Origin: a virus
Lineage: Duplodnaviria; Caudoviricetes
DNA: 50,944 bases
Virus record (IMG/VR): IMGVR_UViG_3300018071_000003
Location: 1 to 50,944 of that record
Strand: one strand, 5' to 3'
The notes beneath the pieces are model-generated. The model was not told where the DNA came from and did no database searches. It worked only from the letters and a program-made list of their open reading frames with translations. The position numbers were made by a program, and so were the translations under genes. Shown here piece after piece: positions 10,714 through 20,044 of the stretch; position 1 is the first letter of the stretch, and each line of letters opens with the position of its first letter.

Positions 10714-11529
10714 TTAAGTTTTCGTCACTTTCAATGTGAGAACTGCACGTTGAATGGTTGTGATTGAATCAATATTAAACCGCAATGTGTCTCCTGCTGC
10801 AATTGTCGTAGTCCAACCAGTGAGCGTGGTATCCTCAGATTTGGTGGCTGTGGTAATTGTCGGTTTAGCACTTGCTGTAATTGTGTCTGCAACAGTCGGA
10901 GGATAGTTAGCATATGTATCTTTCCATATATCCACCACAATAGAGCCACTCTGATCTGCGAGAAGTCGATTGCCTGTAATTGTACAAGCAAAAGGAATAG
11001 ACAAGTCTCCTTTAATACCTGTTGTCAGAACAGATCCACCTCCATCAAATACATAAGTAATTGCTGCTTTATTCGCAATGGTTCCTATTGCATCTGCATA
11101 AGCAGTCGTAGCATAAAATGAAGCTCCTCTGAAATAGGACAAACATCTTACATTACCACCACCATCTCCTCTAAATACAGCAATATCTCCGGCAGCAGTT
11201 GTAATGTTTGCAGCACCTGGTAGGATAAGGGATGTGCCATTATGCGTAAGAGTTAAGATACCATCAAAAACTACAGTTCGCTCATCCCCAGACGACAAGG
11301 TAATTGCTGTAATTGTAGTTACGCCCGTAATGTGTACAAAATCTCCGGTTGCATTTGATAAATCAACAGTTGCACCAGATGCCTTGTCTGCACCCTTAAT
11401 CTTTAAGGCATCAAGAGCGGCAATGGCTGTAGCAGGATCGCCAAAAATTGTATAATGAAGTCGGTTTACATCATTAAACCAATCAGAATCTGAAAGGGTA
11501 ACTCCGTTGGTAAATGCAGTATCGCTCAA
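10714..11529 (-). CDS. Tail fibre/spike-associated structural protein
   Basis: N-terminal SDWFNDVN anchor-like motif, Thr-rich beta domains; follows the adaptor. Confidence 0.6.
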   Translation of the reverse strand: MSDTAFTNGVTLSDSDWFNDVNRLHYTIFGDPATAIAALDALKIKGADKASGATVDLSNATGDFVHITGVTTITAITLSSGDERTVVFDGILTLTHNGTSLILPGAANITTAAGDIAVFRGDGGGNVRCLSYFRGASFYATTAYADAIGTIANKAAITYVFDGGGSVLTTGIKGDLSIPFACTITGNRLLADQSGSIVVDIWKDTYANYPPTVADTITASAKPTITTATKSEDTTLTGWTTTIAAGDTLRFNIDSITTIQRAVLTLKVTKT

Positions 11530-11539
11530 GTGGCTTTCC

Positions 11540-11746
11540 TTATATAATATCTATTGGAATAATCGTATTCACAGCATCTCTAGCATCTTGTTGTTCTTGC
11601 TGCAAAATTGAATCTTTAATTCTATTAATAATAAATGTTCGTGATTCTTGTAAAGTCGCAGGACGCCCCAAAGCTAGGAGTCGCCCAATTGCTTGTTGTA
11701 CTCGAGTTGCTTGTGTTGCTGTTAAATCAATAGTAATTGTTGGCAT
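11540..11746 (-). CDS. Hypothetical protein
   Basis: 68-aa ORF coupled to upstream gene. Confidence 0.55.
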   Translation of the reverse strand: MPTITIDLTATQATRVQQAIGRLLALGRPATLQESRTFIINRIKDSILQQEQQDARDAVNTIIPIDII

Positions 11747-12706
11747 TTAGGCTCTATCGAAATTAGGTTGAATTTGGAAACTACCTTCTGGATATATGGT
11801 AGTTAATGCTTCTGAACGGTACATCGCGGCTTCTGCTATAAGTTGCTTACGTTCGTCTAGAGCCACTCCAGACTTAGCTCCAAGCAAACTTGCCAATTCC
11901 AACATAAGGGGCAGATAGAATGCTTGAGGGAAATCGGGAGTATCTGAGGAAGCATTAAAGTCTTGGAAAGGACGATGATATGTGAATTCAATTACAGAGT
12001 CTCCATTACTAAATCTAGGATATATAAAAATCTGACCATTTAAATCAGGGTTTGTAATTGTACTTGCCGGATCATAGTAAATAAGTACCGGGGTTCCGGT
12101 AGTTGTTCTGCTACCTAAACTGAAATAGTCAGAACGATCTTCTACTTCAATGTCCCAACTAGAGTTTGAAAGTACACTAAGCATGTTAGCTTCAATGATA
12201 CGAAGGGGTTTCTGTATACGATCTGAGGAAGCTGTGTAAACATATACATTAGTACCCGCTGAAACAGCGTTTGTTAAAGTGGCAGTAAGTGTAACCGTAG
12301 TTCCAACCGGCGCTCCATTTACTGTGGTCCATTGGATTGAAGTGCCTTGTTCAATTGCAATTTGATCTCCACTTAAGATTCCTGTTGCAGAGGTTACAAC
12401 AATTGTAGATGTCCCACTAGCTGCTGCCGCTGAAACAGTTGTATGCCTATACGTAGTTACCACATGACTATCTGTAGCGACTGAACTAATTCCAGTGACA
12501 GGAAGTAAAGTTCCTCGTTTCAAGGCCCACAAAGGCATACCATCAGCTTCACGAAGCTTAACAATCATGTTAAGCAATTTAGAAGCCTCTGTTATTTGTG
12601 AAGCATTTGCAGTTTCTCCTTCACCAACATCTCCAATGTGTTGATAAGCTAGGTCAATGATATTGTCTCTGGAAAGTGAGAAGTCGTAGCTGTTACTCGT
12701 CGTCAA
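11747..12706 (-). CDS. Head-tail adaptor / tail tubular protein A (P22 gp4-like) with inserted beta domain
   Basis: MTTS..YDF..SRDNIIDLAY, LLNMIV, LW, YPR, DFPQAFYLPLMLELA motifs; Thr/Val-rich internal insertion. Confidence 0.7.
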   Translation of the reverse strand: MTTSNSYDFSLSRDNIIDLAYQHIGDVGEGETANASQITEASKLLNMIVKLREADGMPLWALKRGTLLPVTGISSVATDSHVVTTYRHTTVSAAAASGTSTIVVTSATGILSGDQIAIEQGTSIQWTTVNGAPVGTTVTLTATLTNAVSAGTNVYVYTASSDRIQKPLRIIEANMLSVLSNSSWDIEVEDRSDYFSLGSRTTTGTPVLIYYDPASTITNPDLNGQIFIYPRFSNGDSVIEFTYHRPFQDFNASSDTPDFPQAFYLPLMLELASLLGAKSGVALDERKQLIAEAAMYRSEALTTIYPEGSFQIQPNFDRA

Positions 12707-13023
12707 AGAGTGCTCCCATTACCCGGTGTTCCGGGTGGAATTGTTCGTTCTTGTACACCAACAGATGCGGCTATATAAGTGGGTTGCATGTCAACAAGAG
12801 GTTGTCCGTTGGAATCTAAATCATTGTCAGGCCGAACCCAAGCAACATCTTGCTTATCTGGAACAGCCCTTAGAAAATCTTGAGGATGGCGGTGTTCAAA
12901 GTCCTTTTCACAAACCATCAAATTGTCCCACCGTTTGCGAAGTTCAGAGGCTTTGTACTTAAAGCCACAAACATCACAAATGGCGTTCCAGTCAGAAATT
13001 TTTAAATAGTCTCTGTCACCCAT
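12703..13023 (-). CDS. Conserved Cys-motif head-completion-region protein
   Basis: AICDVCGFKYK...LRKRWDNLMVC..DFE.RHPQ...VRP, a motif commonly seen next to adaptor genes in podoviruses. Confidence 0.7.
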   Translation of the reverse strand: MGDRDYLKISDWNAICDVCGFKYKASELRKRWDNLMVCEKDFEHRHPQDFLRAVPDKQDVAWVRPDNDLDSNGQPLVDMQPTYIAASVGVQERTIPPGTPGNGSTL

Positions 13024-13024
13024 T

Positions 13025-13546
13025 CTATCCTGCTCCTAATAACATAAAATTTTGTCGTCCTTCTCCTGGAGGCGGTGGTGGACCTCCAACGGTAACATCT
13101 GGAACATTTCCTTGAAAAACAATTGCTCCATTTGTACTAGATAGTGCTAGAGACAAAGATGGCGTCTGTCCTGATAAGATCTCCGAACCACTCGAAGGAC
13201 CAAATACAAAGGATAAACTCGCTGTTTGACCGGATACAACTACCGCGCCGCTTGATGGCGCAAAGACCTTTGTAATTGTTGGAGTCTGTCCTCCGAGAAC
13301 AATTTGCCCTGCTGTCGGAACTAATGTATTCGAAAGTGCTGGCGCATTACCACTCTTGACCACCGAGCCATTCGAAACGGCCAAACTCTGTGTAATGCTT
13401 GGACTATTGCCTGCAAGGACAACTGATCCAGGCGTAGGTGCAAGTGTAAGGACAAGTGCTGCAACTATTCCGGCAAATACAACTGAACCAGAACTAGGTG
13501 CTAATGTATTTGTACTTCCACCTCCTGCTGTGAGAAGCAGTGACAC
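13025..13546 (-). CDS. Fibre-shaft-like protein with seven 20-aa repeats
   Basis: Repeat unit approx TLAPSSGSVVLxGQTPSLxx visible seven times. Confidence 0.65.
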   Translation of the reverse strand: MSLLLTAGGGSTNTLAPSSGSVVFAGIVAALVLTLAPTPGSVVLAGNSPSITQSLAVSNGSVVKSGNAPALSNTLVPTAGQIVLGGQTPTITKVFAPSSGAVVVSGQTASLSFVFGPSSGSEILSGQTPSLSLALSSTNGAIVFQGNVPDVTVGGPPPPPGEGRQNFMLLGAG

Positions 13547-13549
13547 ATT

Positions 13550-14209
13550 TTACCTCTCAAACCAATACATATTCCAAGAGTAAGTCCAAGTAGCAGTTGC
13601 CGGACAAGTAGCCTGCGTCCGCAAAGCTATACCATCCCCTGCTGCTAATTCGATAGGCGTAGCAAATTCTGCTATCCACTCCATTCCATTAATTTGGGTC
13701 AAACTAGTCGCCGAAGGAGTACCTTGGATAACTGGAATCTGTGTGCTACATATAATATCACCGAAGGTTGGCGCCCCAGTTAGAGCGGCATTTAAATCAC
13801 GAATATCAGTCATATCTGATGCACTACCCTTGGTCGCACTGGAACGTGCTGCTGTACGAGCATTGCCTCCAGTCGGGGTTACGGCTGTAAACCGCATGAA
13901 GGAAAGAACACCGGAGTTGACAGGTGTTACTACGCCCGTTACAGGAAAAAGTAGAACCCTCAACCGTGTAATATATGCTTTGCGAGCAGAGCCAACTACC
14001 AGACGGGCAGACATCAACAGCGTGTTCGTAGCGAGGGCGGCGGCAACAACTGCCGGAGTTGCGGGCGTACCTGCCGCTGCGGACCATCCCGAGGAACTAT
14101 AAAACCCGCCTGCGGCGGGATAACCAGGTATTGTCTGTGCGATTTGGAGATTTCGAGCTTCATCTACTTCAAGTACAACACCTGCATTCCCTGCGATTTG
14201 TACACTCAT
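13550..14209 (-). CDS. Putative virion structural protein
   Basis: 219-aa Ala/Thr-rich beta protein ending W.E; coupled within the operon. Confidence 0.55.
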   Translation of the reverse strand: MSVQIAGNAGVVLEVDEARNLQIAQTIPGYPAAGGFYSSSGWSAAAGTPATPAVVAAALATNTLLMSARLVVGSARKAYITRLRVLLFPVTGVVTPVNSGVLSFMRFTAVTPTGGNARTAARSSATKGSASDMTDIRDLNAALTGAPTFGDIICSTQIPVIQGTPSATSLTQINGMEWIAEFATPIELAAGDGIALRTQATCPATATWTYSWNMYWFER

Positions 14210-14210
14210 G

Positions 14211-14543
14211 TTAGTTCCATGCCCATCCTAAGTTATATTCTCCGTATAGACGTTGTGCTTGCGCTCCCGGATTCTTAGTATCATAATTGACATCTTTCCA
14301 TGCAGGAGAAGCATTATCATATGCGACAAGACGTAGTGTATCATTTACAAACCAAAATCCGATTACTCTGATGCGTTCGATCTTATTCTCGTCTGCTGTG
14401 TGTGTAGCGGTATCAACGGGAAGAACCCATCCCTCAACTTCGCTAGTAACCACGAGTCCAGTTTGTCCTGCAACGTCCACGGATGCTTCACTGGTGCCGG
14501 GAAAGGCACCGAAGTTGACAGTTGTTTGTCCATTGGCGCTCAT
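14211..14543 (-). CDS. Hypothetical structural protein
   Basis: 110-aa ORF, coupled. Confidence 0.55.
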   Translation of the reverse strand: MSANGQTTVNFGAFPGTSEASVDVAGQTGLVVTSEVEGWVLPVDTATHTADENKIERIRVIGFWFVNDTLRLVAYDNASPAWKDVNYDTKNPGAQAQRLYGEYNLGWAWN

Positions 14544-15007
14544 GTTCTTGTATCCGTAAACCAGCCATTAGCGGGAGTTGTCACTTGCAGCGAATTACCT
14601 GCTGCTGTAAGTGGAATATCTGCTGGTGCAGAGTCTCCTGTGAAAACACCCAACAGCGGACTAGTAAATCCCCACAGTGAACCGACCACGTAGATGACGC
14701 CATAGCGCCATGCTGGAATGCCGGAACCGCTTGCAGTCCACAGAGCATTGCCTGTCGAGAACTTATAGCCGGTGGTCGAAAAATCAGCGATGGTCGGAGA
14801 GGCTAGCGCCACGCCTCCGGTTGTATATCCATTTCCATTAGCCAGTTCATTGGTGATGTCGGCAAGCACCGAATGCCCGACATTATCAGTATCGGGCACA
14901 TAGGTTGAAGTGGTGAGCAACATCTTAATCGTCGCACTAGTGAGGTCTGTGAGTTTCATCACATTCAACACTTCTGCATAACATTGAATTGCACTAGGAG
15001 CTGACAT
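14540..15007 (-). CDS. Putative fibre-base/structural protein
   Basis: DL...TIKMLLTTSTY.P, DITNE.A.GNGYTTGG motifs seen in widespread phage structural proteins. Confidence 0.6.
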   Translation of the reverse strand: MSAPSAIQCYAEVLNVMKLTDLTSATIKMLLTTSTYVPDTDNVGHSVLADITNELANGNGYTTGGVALASPTIADFSTTGYKFSTGNALWTASGSGIPAWRYGVIYVVGSLWGFTSPLLGVFTGDSAPADIPLTAAGNSLQVTTPANGWFTDTRT

Positions 15008-15384
15008 TATTTATAATCCAAATTAACAATTATTTCATTAGCCGCCACTGCTCCTGTATCCGAATCTGGAGCACCCGTAGTTAATGCAAAACTAATACCA
15101 ACTAGAAATGCCACTCCAACTGGGAATGCAATGACTGCTCCCGCACCGGCAGTATTACCGGGAATAGTAATTACTTTAACAGGAACATCTGATCCAACAC
15201 TAGGTGCTGTAGCCTTATCATAAAATTTCAAATATCGAACAGCAGCATTAGTATTTATAACTTGTACTCCATAGATAGTTCCAAGTGAAGCTTTAACATT
15301 GGTACCATTAGTAGTTGCAGCCGATATAAGTTTGAACGGAATTGCACCAGTTGTAATACTGCCGCTAATTGTAACGCGACCCAC
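15007..15384 (-). CDS. Small beta-sandwich virion decoration-like protein
   Basis: VKAS.G.IYG...NTNAAVRYLKFYD..TAP..G motif. Confidence 0.6.
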   Translation of the reverse strand: MGRVTISGSITTGAIPFKLISAATTNGTNVKASLGTIYGVQVINTNAAVRYLKFYDKATAPSVGSDVPVKVITIPGNTAGAGAVIAFPVGVAFLVGISFALTTGAPDSDTGAVAANEIIVNLDYK

Positions 15385-15771
15385 TTAATATTTCTTCCGT
15401 AGAAAGAGAATGATGGAACCTGAGTCTCCGACAGTATCTCCAGAAGAAGTAAGTGTAATGTTTCCAGTGCCTCCAGACGAACCCGGATCAACAAAACCTT
15501 GATGTATTCCATCATTTGTCAAATCCATGAATCCCTGCCCGGCTATCTCAACAATTTTATCGTCAGTGTCATGGTCAAATTCTAAAAGAACACTTAAACC
15601 ATCTAAAGACCATTCAATGCGTTCTACTACCAATCGTCCCACAATTGATAAAGCAGATTTATCCACAAGAACTACGTCGGTACCTGTAACACCATCCACA
15701 AGTAAGTTGCACATTACAACGAGTTTTCTACTGGATGTTTGAAGAACAGTGTTGGTGGAAGTTAAGGCCAC
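15385..15771 (-). CDS. Virion structural protein, paralog of 17925..18362
   Basis: Shared TVL...R.L.., G.I.L.(S/T)SG...G..G...L..(R/K)K pattern. Confidence 0.6.
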   Translation of the reverse strand: MALTSTNTVLQTSSRKLVVMCNLLVDGVTGTDVVLVDKSALSIVGRLVVERIEWSLDGLSVLLEFDHDTDDKIVEIAGQGFMDLTNDGIHQGFVDPGSSGGTGNITLTSSGDTVGDSGSIILFLRKKY

Positions 15772-16247
15772 TAGCTGCCCATTACTTTACGAAGACCCTC
15801 TACCTTAGTATAATATTCTTCTTTAAGTTTACCAAGTTCTATTTCTTGTAGTTTCAACTTTTCCATAATAGAGGCAACCCATTCTTCTTTTTTAGCAGTT
15901 TCATGCCTAAGTCTACGGGATTCTCTATGCAATTCTTCTACTTGATTTGTTCTAAGTAGAAACTCACTTTCTTTCTTAGCAAAAGCAACTTCTTTTTCAT
16001 TAACTTTAACTAACCTAGCTGCTGCTTCTTCTTCTGCTTTTTCAATTAGTTTCTTTGCGGTTGTATTCGCAACTTCTAATGCTTTCTTTGCTTTTTCTAC
16101 TTCTCTATTAGCAACTTCTACGGTTGCCACAATTAGTTTTTGTTCCTTGAATTTCTCTGATTCAATACGAAACTTATCGAGACGTTCATTATATAGTTTC
16201 TCATTTCTAATGACATCTAATATGCCAAGAAGCTCTACACTATCCAT
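15771..16247 (-). CDS. Coiled-coil hypothetical protein
   Basis: Lys/Glu-rich helical 158 aa. Confidence 0.55.
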   Translation of the reverse strand: MDSVELLGILDVIRNEKLYNERLDKFRIESEKFKEQKLIVATVEVANREVEKAKKALEVANTTAKKLIEKAEEEAAARLVKVNEKEVAFAKKESEFLLRTNQVEELHRESRRLRHETAKKEEWVASIMEKLKLQEIELGKLKEEYYTKVEGLRKVMGS

Positions 16248-16264
16248 ATTATCCTCTAAATAAA

Positions 16265-17710
16265 TTATCTACTACGAGTTCGCAATGATGCTTGAAAACT
16301 AGGAGTATTTCTTGTTCTCGTTATGGAAAAAATTTTAATATCAGACCCATCAATACCTTCAACTTTCGAGGCACTTCCGCCAGCGGCAGGTATCCACATA
16401 TTACTAGTAGTAAGAATTGCATTAAAATGATTGGTACTAGTATCAACTGCCGTCGTTCCAGTTCCTTCACTAAATGGAATTCGCAATATCGTGTTGCCAT
16501 CGGCGGTGGGCAGCACGTCTAGCGCAGAGTTGGCGCTGATGAAGGTCTGATCCTTGGCCACGTTCCAGACCATCCAGCCGCTCATAGCTCCGTGCAACCA
16601 CGAGGTTGGTTCCGCTCCAAGCTGGTTTGTAATGAACATTTGCTGGCCTGCCGAGACAATCGAAAGTCCACCGAGAGTGTTCTTCACAACTGTTAGAGTT
16701 TCCAAAAGAGCATTGAGATATATCTTGACCCCCGCTGCCGTACCGGAGCCGTCATAAGTGACGAATACCGTGCGCCAGTGACTGTCAATAATGCCGGTGC
16801 TACCTGCAACCTCAATGTACTGATTCGCGTTAAAGTCGTGAATGATTCTGACAATTAAAACGCCGCGAGTATCCCAAAAAAGTTCCCAGCAAGCGAAAGC
16901 CCCGTCGTTCTTTGCATTGCTCCAAATGAGACTGAATCCTGGGTTGGCGTCAGCTCTCAAGGCGACACGAGCGCTCCACGGTTGTGTGTATTCAAGATTC
17001 ATTACGTCAACTGTAAGCGTCGCTTTCTGATTTGAGATCCCTTGGATCCAGACGGACGGCAGGACGACGGGTACAACCGGGTAAGTTACGATGAGGCACG
17101 TAGGATTCGAGCCGTTGCCGTGAGTGATCGTCAACGTCTGTGCCGCAGTTCCGCTGTTGATGATCCTGTGTCCAACGACAGTGTTGACACCTGTTGCACC
17201 AGGATTCAGGCTTTCAGTATTCTGATCGGTAATCCACGCGACATCGAGAGTCAGCCCGTCCACTCCTAGTTCCGCATCCGTCCCGACACCTAGTGCGAAT
17301 TGACCAGAAGATGATTGCAGCACGGGAGTAGTGCAAGTAAGCCCAGCAGCACTCGCTTTTTGGTCATAACCACCCGCTGAAGCTAGCCCGGACACTTCAG
17401 TCACCGTGAGAGACATATAAGCATTCACAGTTACCGTGAGCGTTGCGATGTATCCGACCTTTGCAATGATGTTGGCTTTGCTGAAAACGTAGGTTATTGT
17501 CGCGGTCGCTGCTTGAACGGCATTTTGACCGAAAGCGTTTGCACTCCCATCGTTGTCTGCAAAGCTCGTCAGCAACGCGCCGGCATTAGTGACGAATGCA
17601 CCGACACCAATGAGCGTGTTTCCGGCAGTCGTAGTGATGGAATTGGTGGATGCCACAGCACCTGTGTTGTCCACCCGACCCTTGGCGCTCTGGACGTAGA
17701 CGATAGCCAT
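16265..17710 (-). CDS. Putative receptor-binding/decoration protein with C-terminal concanavalin A-like (LamG) domain
   Basis: DSHWRTVFVTYDGSG...VKIYLN, WLHGAM, FSEGTGTTAVDTS LamG motifs; N-terminal Ala/Thr-rich beta domain. Confidence 0.7.
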   Translation of the reverse strand: MAIVYVQSAKGRVDNTGAVASTNSITTTAGNTLIGVGAFVTNAGALLTSFADNDGSANAFGQNAVQAATATITYVFSKANIIAKVGYIATLTVTVNAYMSLTVTEVSGLASAGGYDQKASAAGLTCTTPVLQSSSGQFALGVGTDAELGVDGLTLDVAWITDQNTESLNPGATGVNTVVGHRIINSGTAAQTLTITHGNGSNPTCLIVTYPVVPVVLPSVWIQGISNQKATLTVDVMNLEYTQPWSARVALRADANPGFSLIWSNAKNDGAFACWELFWDTRGVLIVRIIHDFNANQYIEVAGSTGIIDSHWRTVFVTYDGSGTAAGVKIYLNALLETLTVVKNTLGGLSIVSAGQQMFITNQLGAEPTSWLHGAMSGWMVWNVAKDQTFISANSALDVLPTADGNTILRIPFSEGTGTTAVDTSTNHFNAILTTSNMWIPAAGGSASKVEGIDGSDIKIFSITRTRNTPSFQASLRTRSR

Positions 17711-17922
17711 TACTGCTTCTCTCGGATGGAGAACAGGTACTTCAGGTTTGGAGATGCGAGATAGATATTGGAGTCGATTGCCTTTGATTTGGCTATAACA
17801 TCAGGCTGCATAACGCAGCCCCACTGATCAGCCAATCTGTCTGGACGTGATACACCAATAACGGTTGCCCACGTTGTCCCACCATCCATCGAATAAATAC
17901 CTTCTAGATCTTTACTCATCAA
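17710..17922 (-). CDS. Hypothetical protein
   Basis: 70-aa ORF filling the gap with TAATG coupling. Confidence 0.45.
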   Translation of the reverse strand: MMSKDLEGIYSMDGGTTWATVIGVSRPDRLADQWGCVMQPDVIAKSKAIDSNIYLASPNLKYLFSIREKQ

Positions 17923-17924
17923 CT

Positions 17925-18362
17925 TTATTCCAGACTTTTCTTGATTTCCAACACCATTGTTCCTATTGAACCATCAGGAGCAAATCCACTAGTGGATAAA
18001 AGAATTTTTCCAGTGCGGTCTGTTCCTTTAGATGTTTGTGGATCGATAAGTCTATTGGCTAATCCCCCAAAATAACGAAAATCAACATGATTTTCTTGAT
18101 CTCGTGGTAATGCCCAACATGGAACAGGAGCATTTACATCAAATGAAATAAGTCCATCAAACCAATTAAAACTATACCAAACTTGCATAAGTGTAAGTTT
18201 CATACCTGGTTTGATAATGTCAGGAGTAATCACTCCATCATAGAACTCTGGATCAGCTAGAACAAAATTATTAAGTTCTCCTTCAGAACCATTACTTTCC
18301 AGATAGACGTGAAGTAACAGGTTTCTAGAACCATTGTTTAAAACTGTACGAGTAACTGCCAT
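17925..18362 (-). CDS. Virion structural protein, paralog of 15385..15771
   Basis: GAGGT SD; motif similarity to 15385..15771. Confidence 0.6.
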   Translation of the reverse strand: MAVTRTVLNNGSRNLLLHVYLESNGSEGELNNFVLADPEFYDGVITPDIIKPGMKLTLMQVWYSFNWFDGLISFDVNAPVPCWALPRDQENHVDFRYFGGLANRLIDPQTSKGTDRTGKILLSTSGFAPDGSIGTMVLEIKKSLE

Positions 18363-18377
18363 AATTTTACCTCATGA

Positions 18378-18405
18378 GAAATACACGGGCCTTTCGACCC
18401 GTGTA
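18378..18405 (-). terminator. Intergenic hairpin, probable weak intrinsic terminator
   Basis: Minus strand TACACGGGTC-GAAA-GGCCCGTGTA followed by TTTC. Confidence 0.55.
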
Positions 18406-18424
18406 AACATTCACAATTTCCTGC

Positions 18425-18937
18425 TTACGCCGGAACTTCAACCCACAGGAATGAACCAATTCCAGTAGCTACTGTAGTAATATGCGAGAACATCACGTAA
18501 TTACCTTGCCCGACGATAAAACCACCTTCCGGTAGTTTGGTAAGGTCAGCGGATGCAGTAGTTGAAGAAGCTACCGACAAAGGACAAACATACACATTAA
18601 CGACGTTTAGAGTTGCAACAGTGAAAACTCGTGCAGCAGAAGTTGTGGAAACACCAGAACCATCCGCAGCCCAAATAACATCTGCCGTACCAGCCGGAGT
18701 AGCCGCTACTGACGGAGTGTTGCCCGTCGATAGCATAACTGCACCAGCAGCAGTAGGCACCGCACTAAATGCAAAACGTGCATCAACAACAATTAGTTTC
18801 TTGTTACTTCCCCATGGATTATGCAGAATAAGTCCCGTGGCTGTAGTAGAAAGAGCCGTTGTTGCTTTGTTCGCCTGATTGCAGGCAAAGTACATTTTTC
18901 CTTGCCTGTTATAACTTGCTACGTCCATATTAGACAT
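18425..18937 (-). CDS. Putative capsid-associated structural protein
   Basis: 170-aa Ala/Thr-rich protein (LHNPWGSNKKL...WVEVP) with AAAGGA SD, near the capsid gene. Confidence 0.6.
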   Translation of the reverse strand: MSNMDVASYNRQGKMYFACNQANKATTALSTTATGLILHNPWGSNKKLIVVDARFAFSAVPTAAGAVMLSTGNTPSVAATPAGTADVIWAADGSGVSTTSAARVFTVATLNVVNVYVCPLSVASSTTASADLTKLPEGGFIVGQGNYVMFSHITTVATGIGSFLWVEVPA

Positions 18938-18951
18938 TTTATTTCCTTTGT

Positions 18952-18981
18952 GGTTGGGCGGGAGGTTTTATCCTCCCAACC
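18952..18981 (-). other. Intergenic hairpin (mRNA stabiliser or attenuator)
   Basis: GGTTGGG..GGAGG / CCTCC-CAACC inverted repeat without a U-tract. Confidence 0.4.
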
Positions 18982-18985
18982 TTTA

Positions 18986-19984
18986 TTACACTGCCGCCGG
19001 ATTAATCAGCGCTGATTTATCAGCAGCGCCAGTAATCATGGCGTAGTTGTTAATAAAACTAGCTTTTGAACCTGTATTCATAAGCAATCCAGTTGCGCCA
19101 GATAATTGACCAGCAAAATTCTCCGCAACCATAGTGCCTAACCAACTAGTACCTGAGTTACTAATCATAAGCGGATTAGAAGCATCAGTATTAGGACGAA
19201 CAACAATATTTCTCTGAATCAAACTATTGGCAATGTTAGTTGCACCAGCAGCAATAAGAACTGCTGTAGCCGCCAAAAGAACTTGATGACTGCAATAGTT
19301 ATTCGTAATTGTCCATCTCACTGCATCGCTAGCCGTTACAATGGCTGTAGTAGCAGCAGTTGGTGTACCCATTTTACCAATTACCCTGTTGTTGTTAAAC
19401 GTCAAACCATCTGAAATATTAGCAGTTGTTCCAATTACCAAAACAGACACAAAATTTAAGGTAGTGGAAGTATCTCTGAATTCACAACTGTCAATGGTTA
19501 GATCATTTGCAACTTGAGCATTGGCAATGTTAAATACAGTCGCACAGGCTGCCACAGTAGACAAAAACAACAAATTGGAAACTGTAACATTATTAGCTGT
19601 AACAGTGACGCTGGCGGTAGAAGCTGTACTTAATGTAACAGTAGGACGAGTAGAACCAGAGCCAAGACCAATAATTGCTACACCAGCGGTACTTAGAACT
19701 AAACCTGCTGCCGCTGTAATAGTTTCGGCATGTCCTGGTTTAACAAATATGATGTCACCTTTACCAGCACGAGCAGATGTAACTGCAAATTGAATGGTAG
19801 CAAAAGGAGCATCAAAAGTACCCTTGTTAGCATTAGAACCATTTTTAGCGTGATCTAAGTTACCCAATGTACTGTTGTCTACCCACCATACACGACCAGG
19901 ATGTGTTTGCAAAATTGGTACACCACGAATGGTAATACCAGAAGGAAACCCACCTGGGTAATTCGATAAATTATAATTCGCCAT
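18986..19984 (-). CDS. Capsid fibre/decoration protein with pectin-lyase-like beta-helix
   Basis: PFATIQFAV...GDIIFVKPGHAE motif followed by Asn-rich beta-helix rungs; directly after the major capsid gene. Confidence 0.7.
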   Translation of the reverse strand: MANYNLSNYPGGFPSGITIRGVPILQTHPGRVWWVDNSTLGNLDHAKNGSNANKGTFDAPFATIQFAVTSARAGKGDIIFVKPGHAETITAAAGLVLSTAGVAIIGLGSGSTRPTVTLSTASTASVTVTANNVTVSNLLFLSTVAACATVFNIANAQVANDLTIDSCEFRDTSTTLNFVSVLVIGTTANISDGLTFNNNRVIGKMGTPTAATTAIVTASDAVRWTITNNYCSHQVLLAATAVLIAAGATNIANSLIQRNIVVRPNTDASNPLMISNSGTSWLGTMVAENFAGQLSGATGLLMNTGSKASFINNYAMITGAADKSALINPAAV

Positions 19985-20011
19985 TTTAACTCTCCTTTAA
20001 ATAGGGAAATG

Positions 20012-20037
20012 TGGGAGCAGCATGGCTGCTGCTCCCA
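20012..20037 (-). terminator. Hairpin after major capsid gene (leaky terminator or stabiliser)
   Basis: 11-bp stem TGGGAGCAGCA / TGCTGCTCCCA, 4-nt loop, weak U-tract. Confidence 0.6.
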
Positions 20038-20044
20038 ACAAGTT

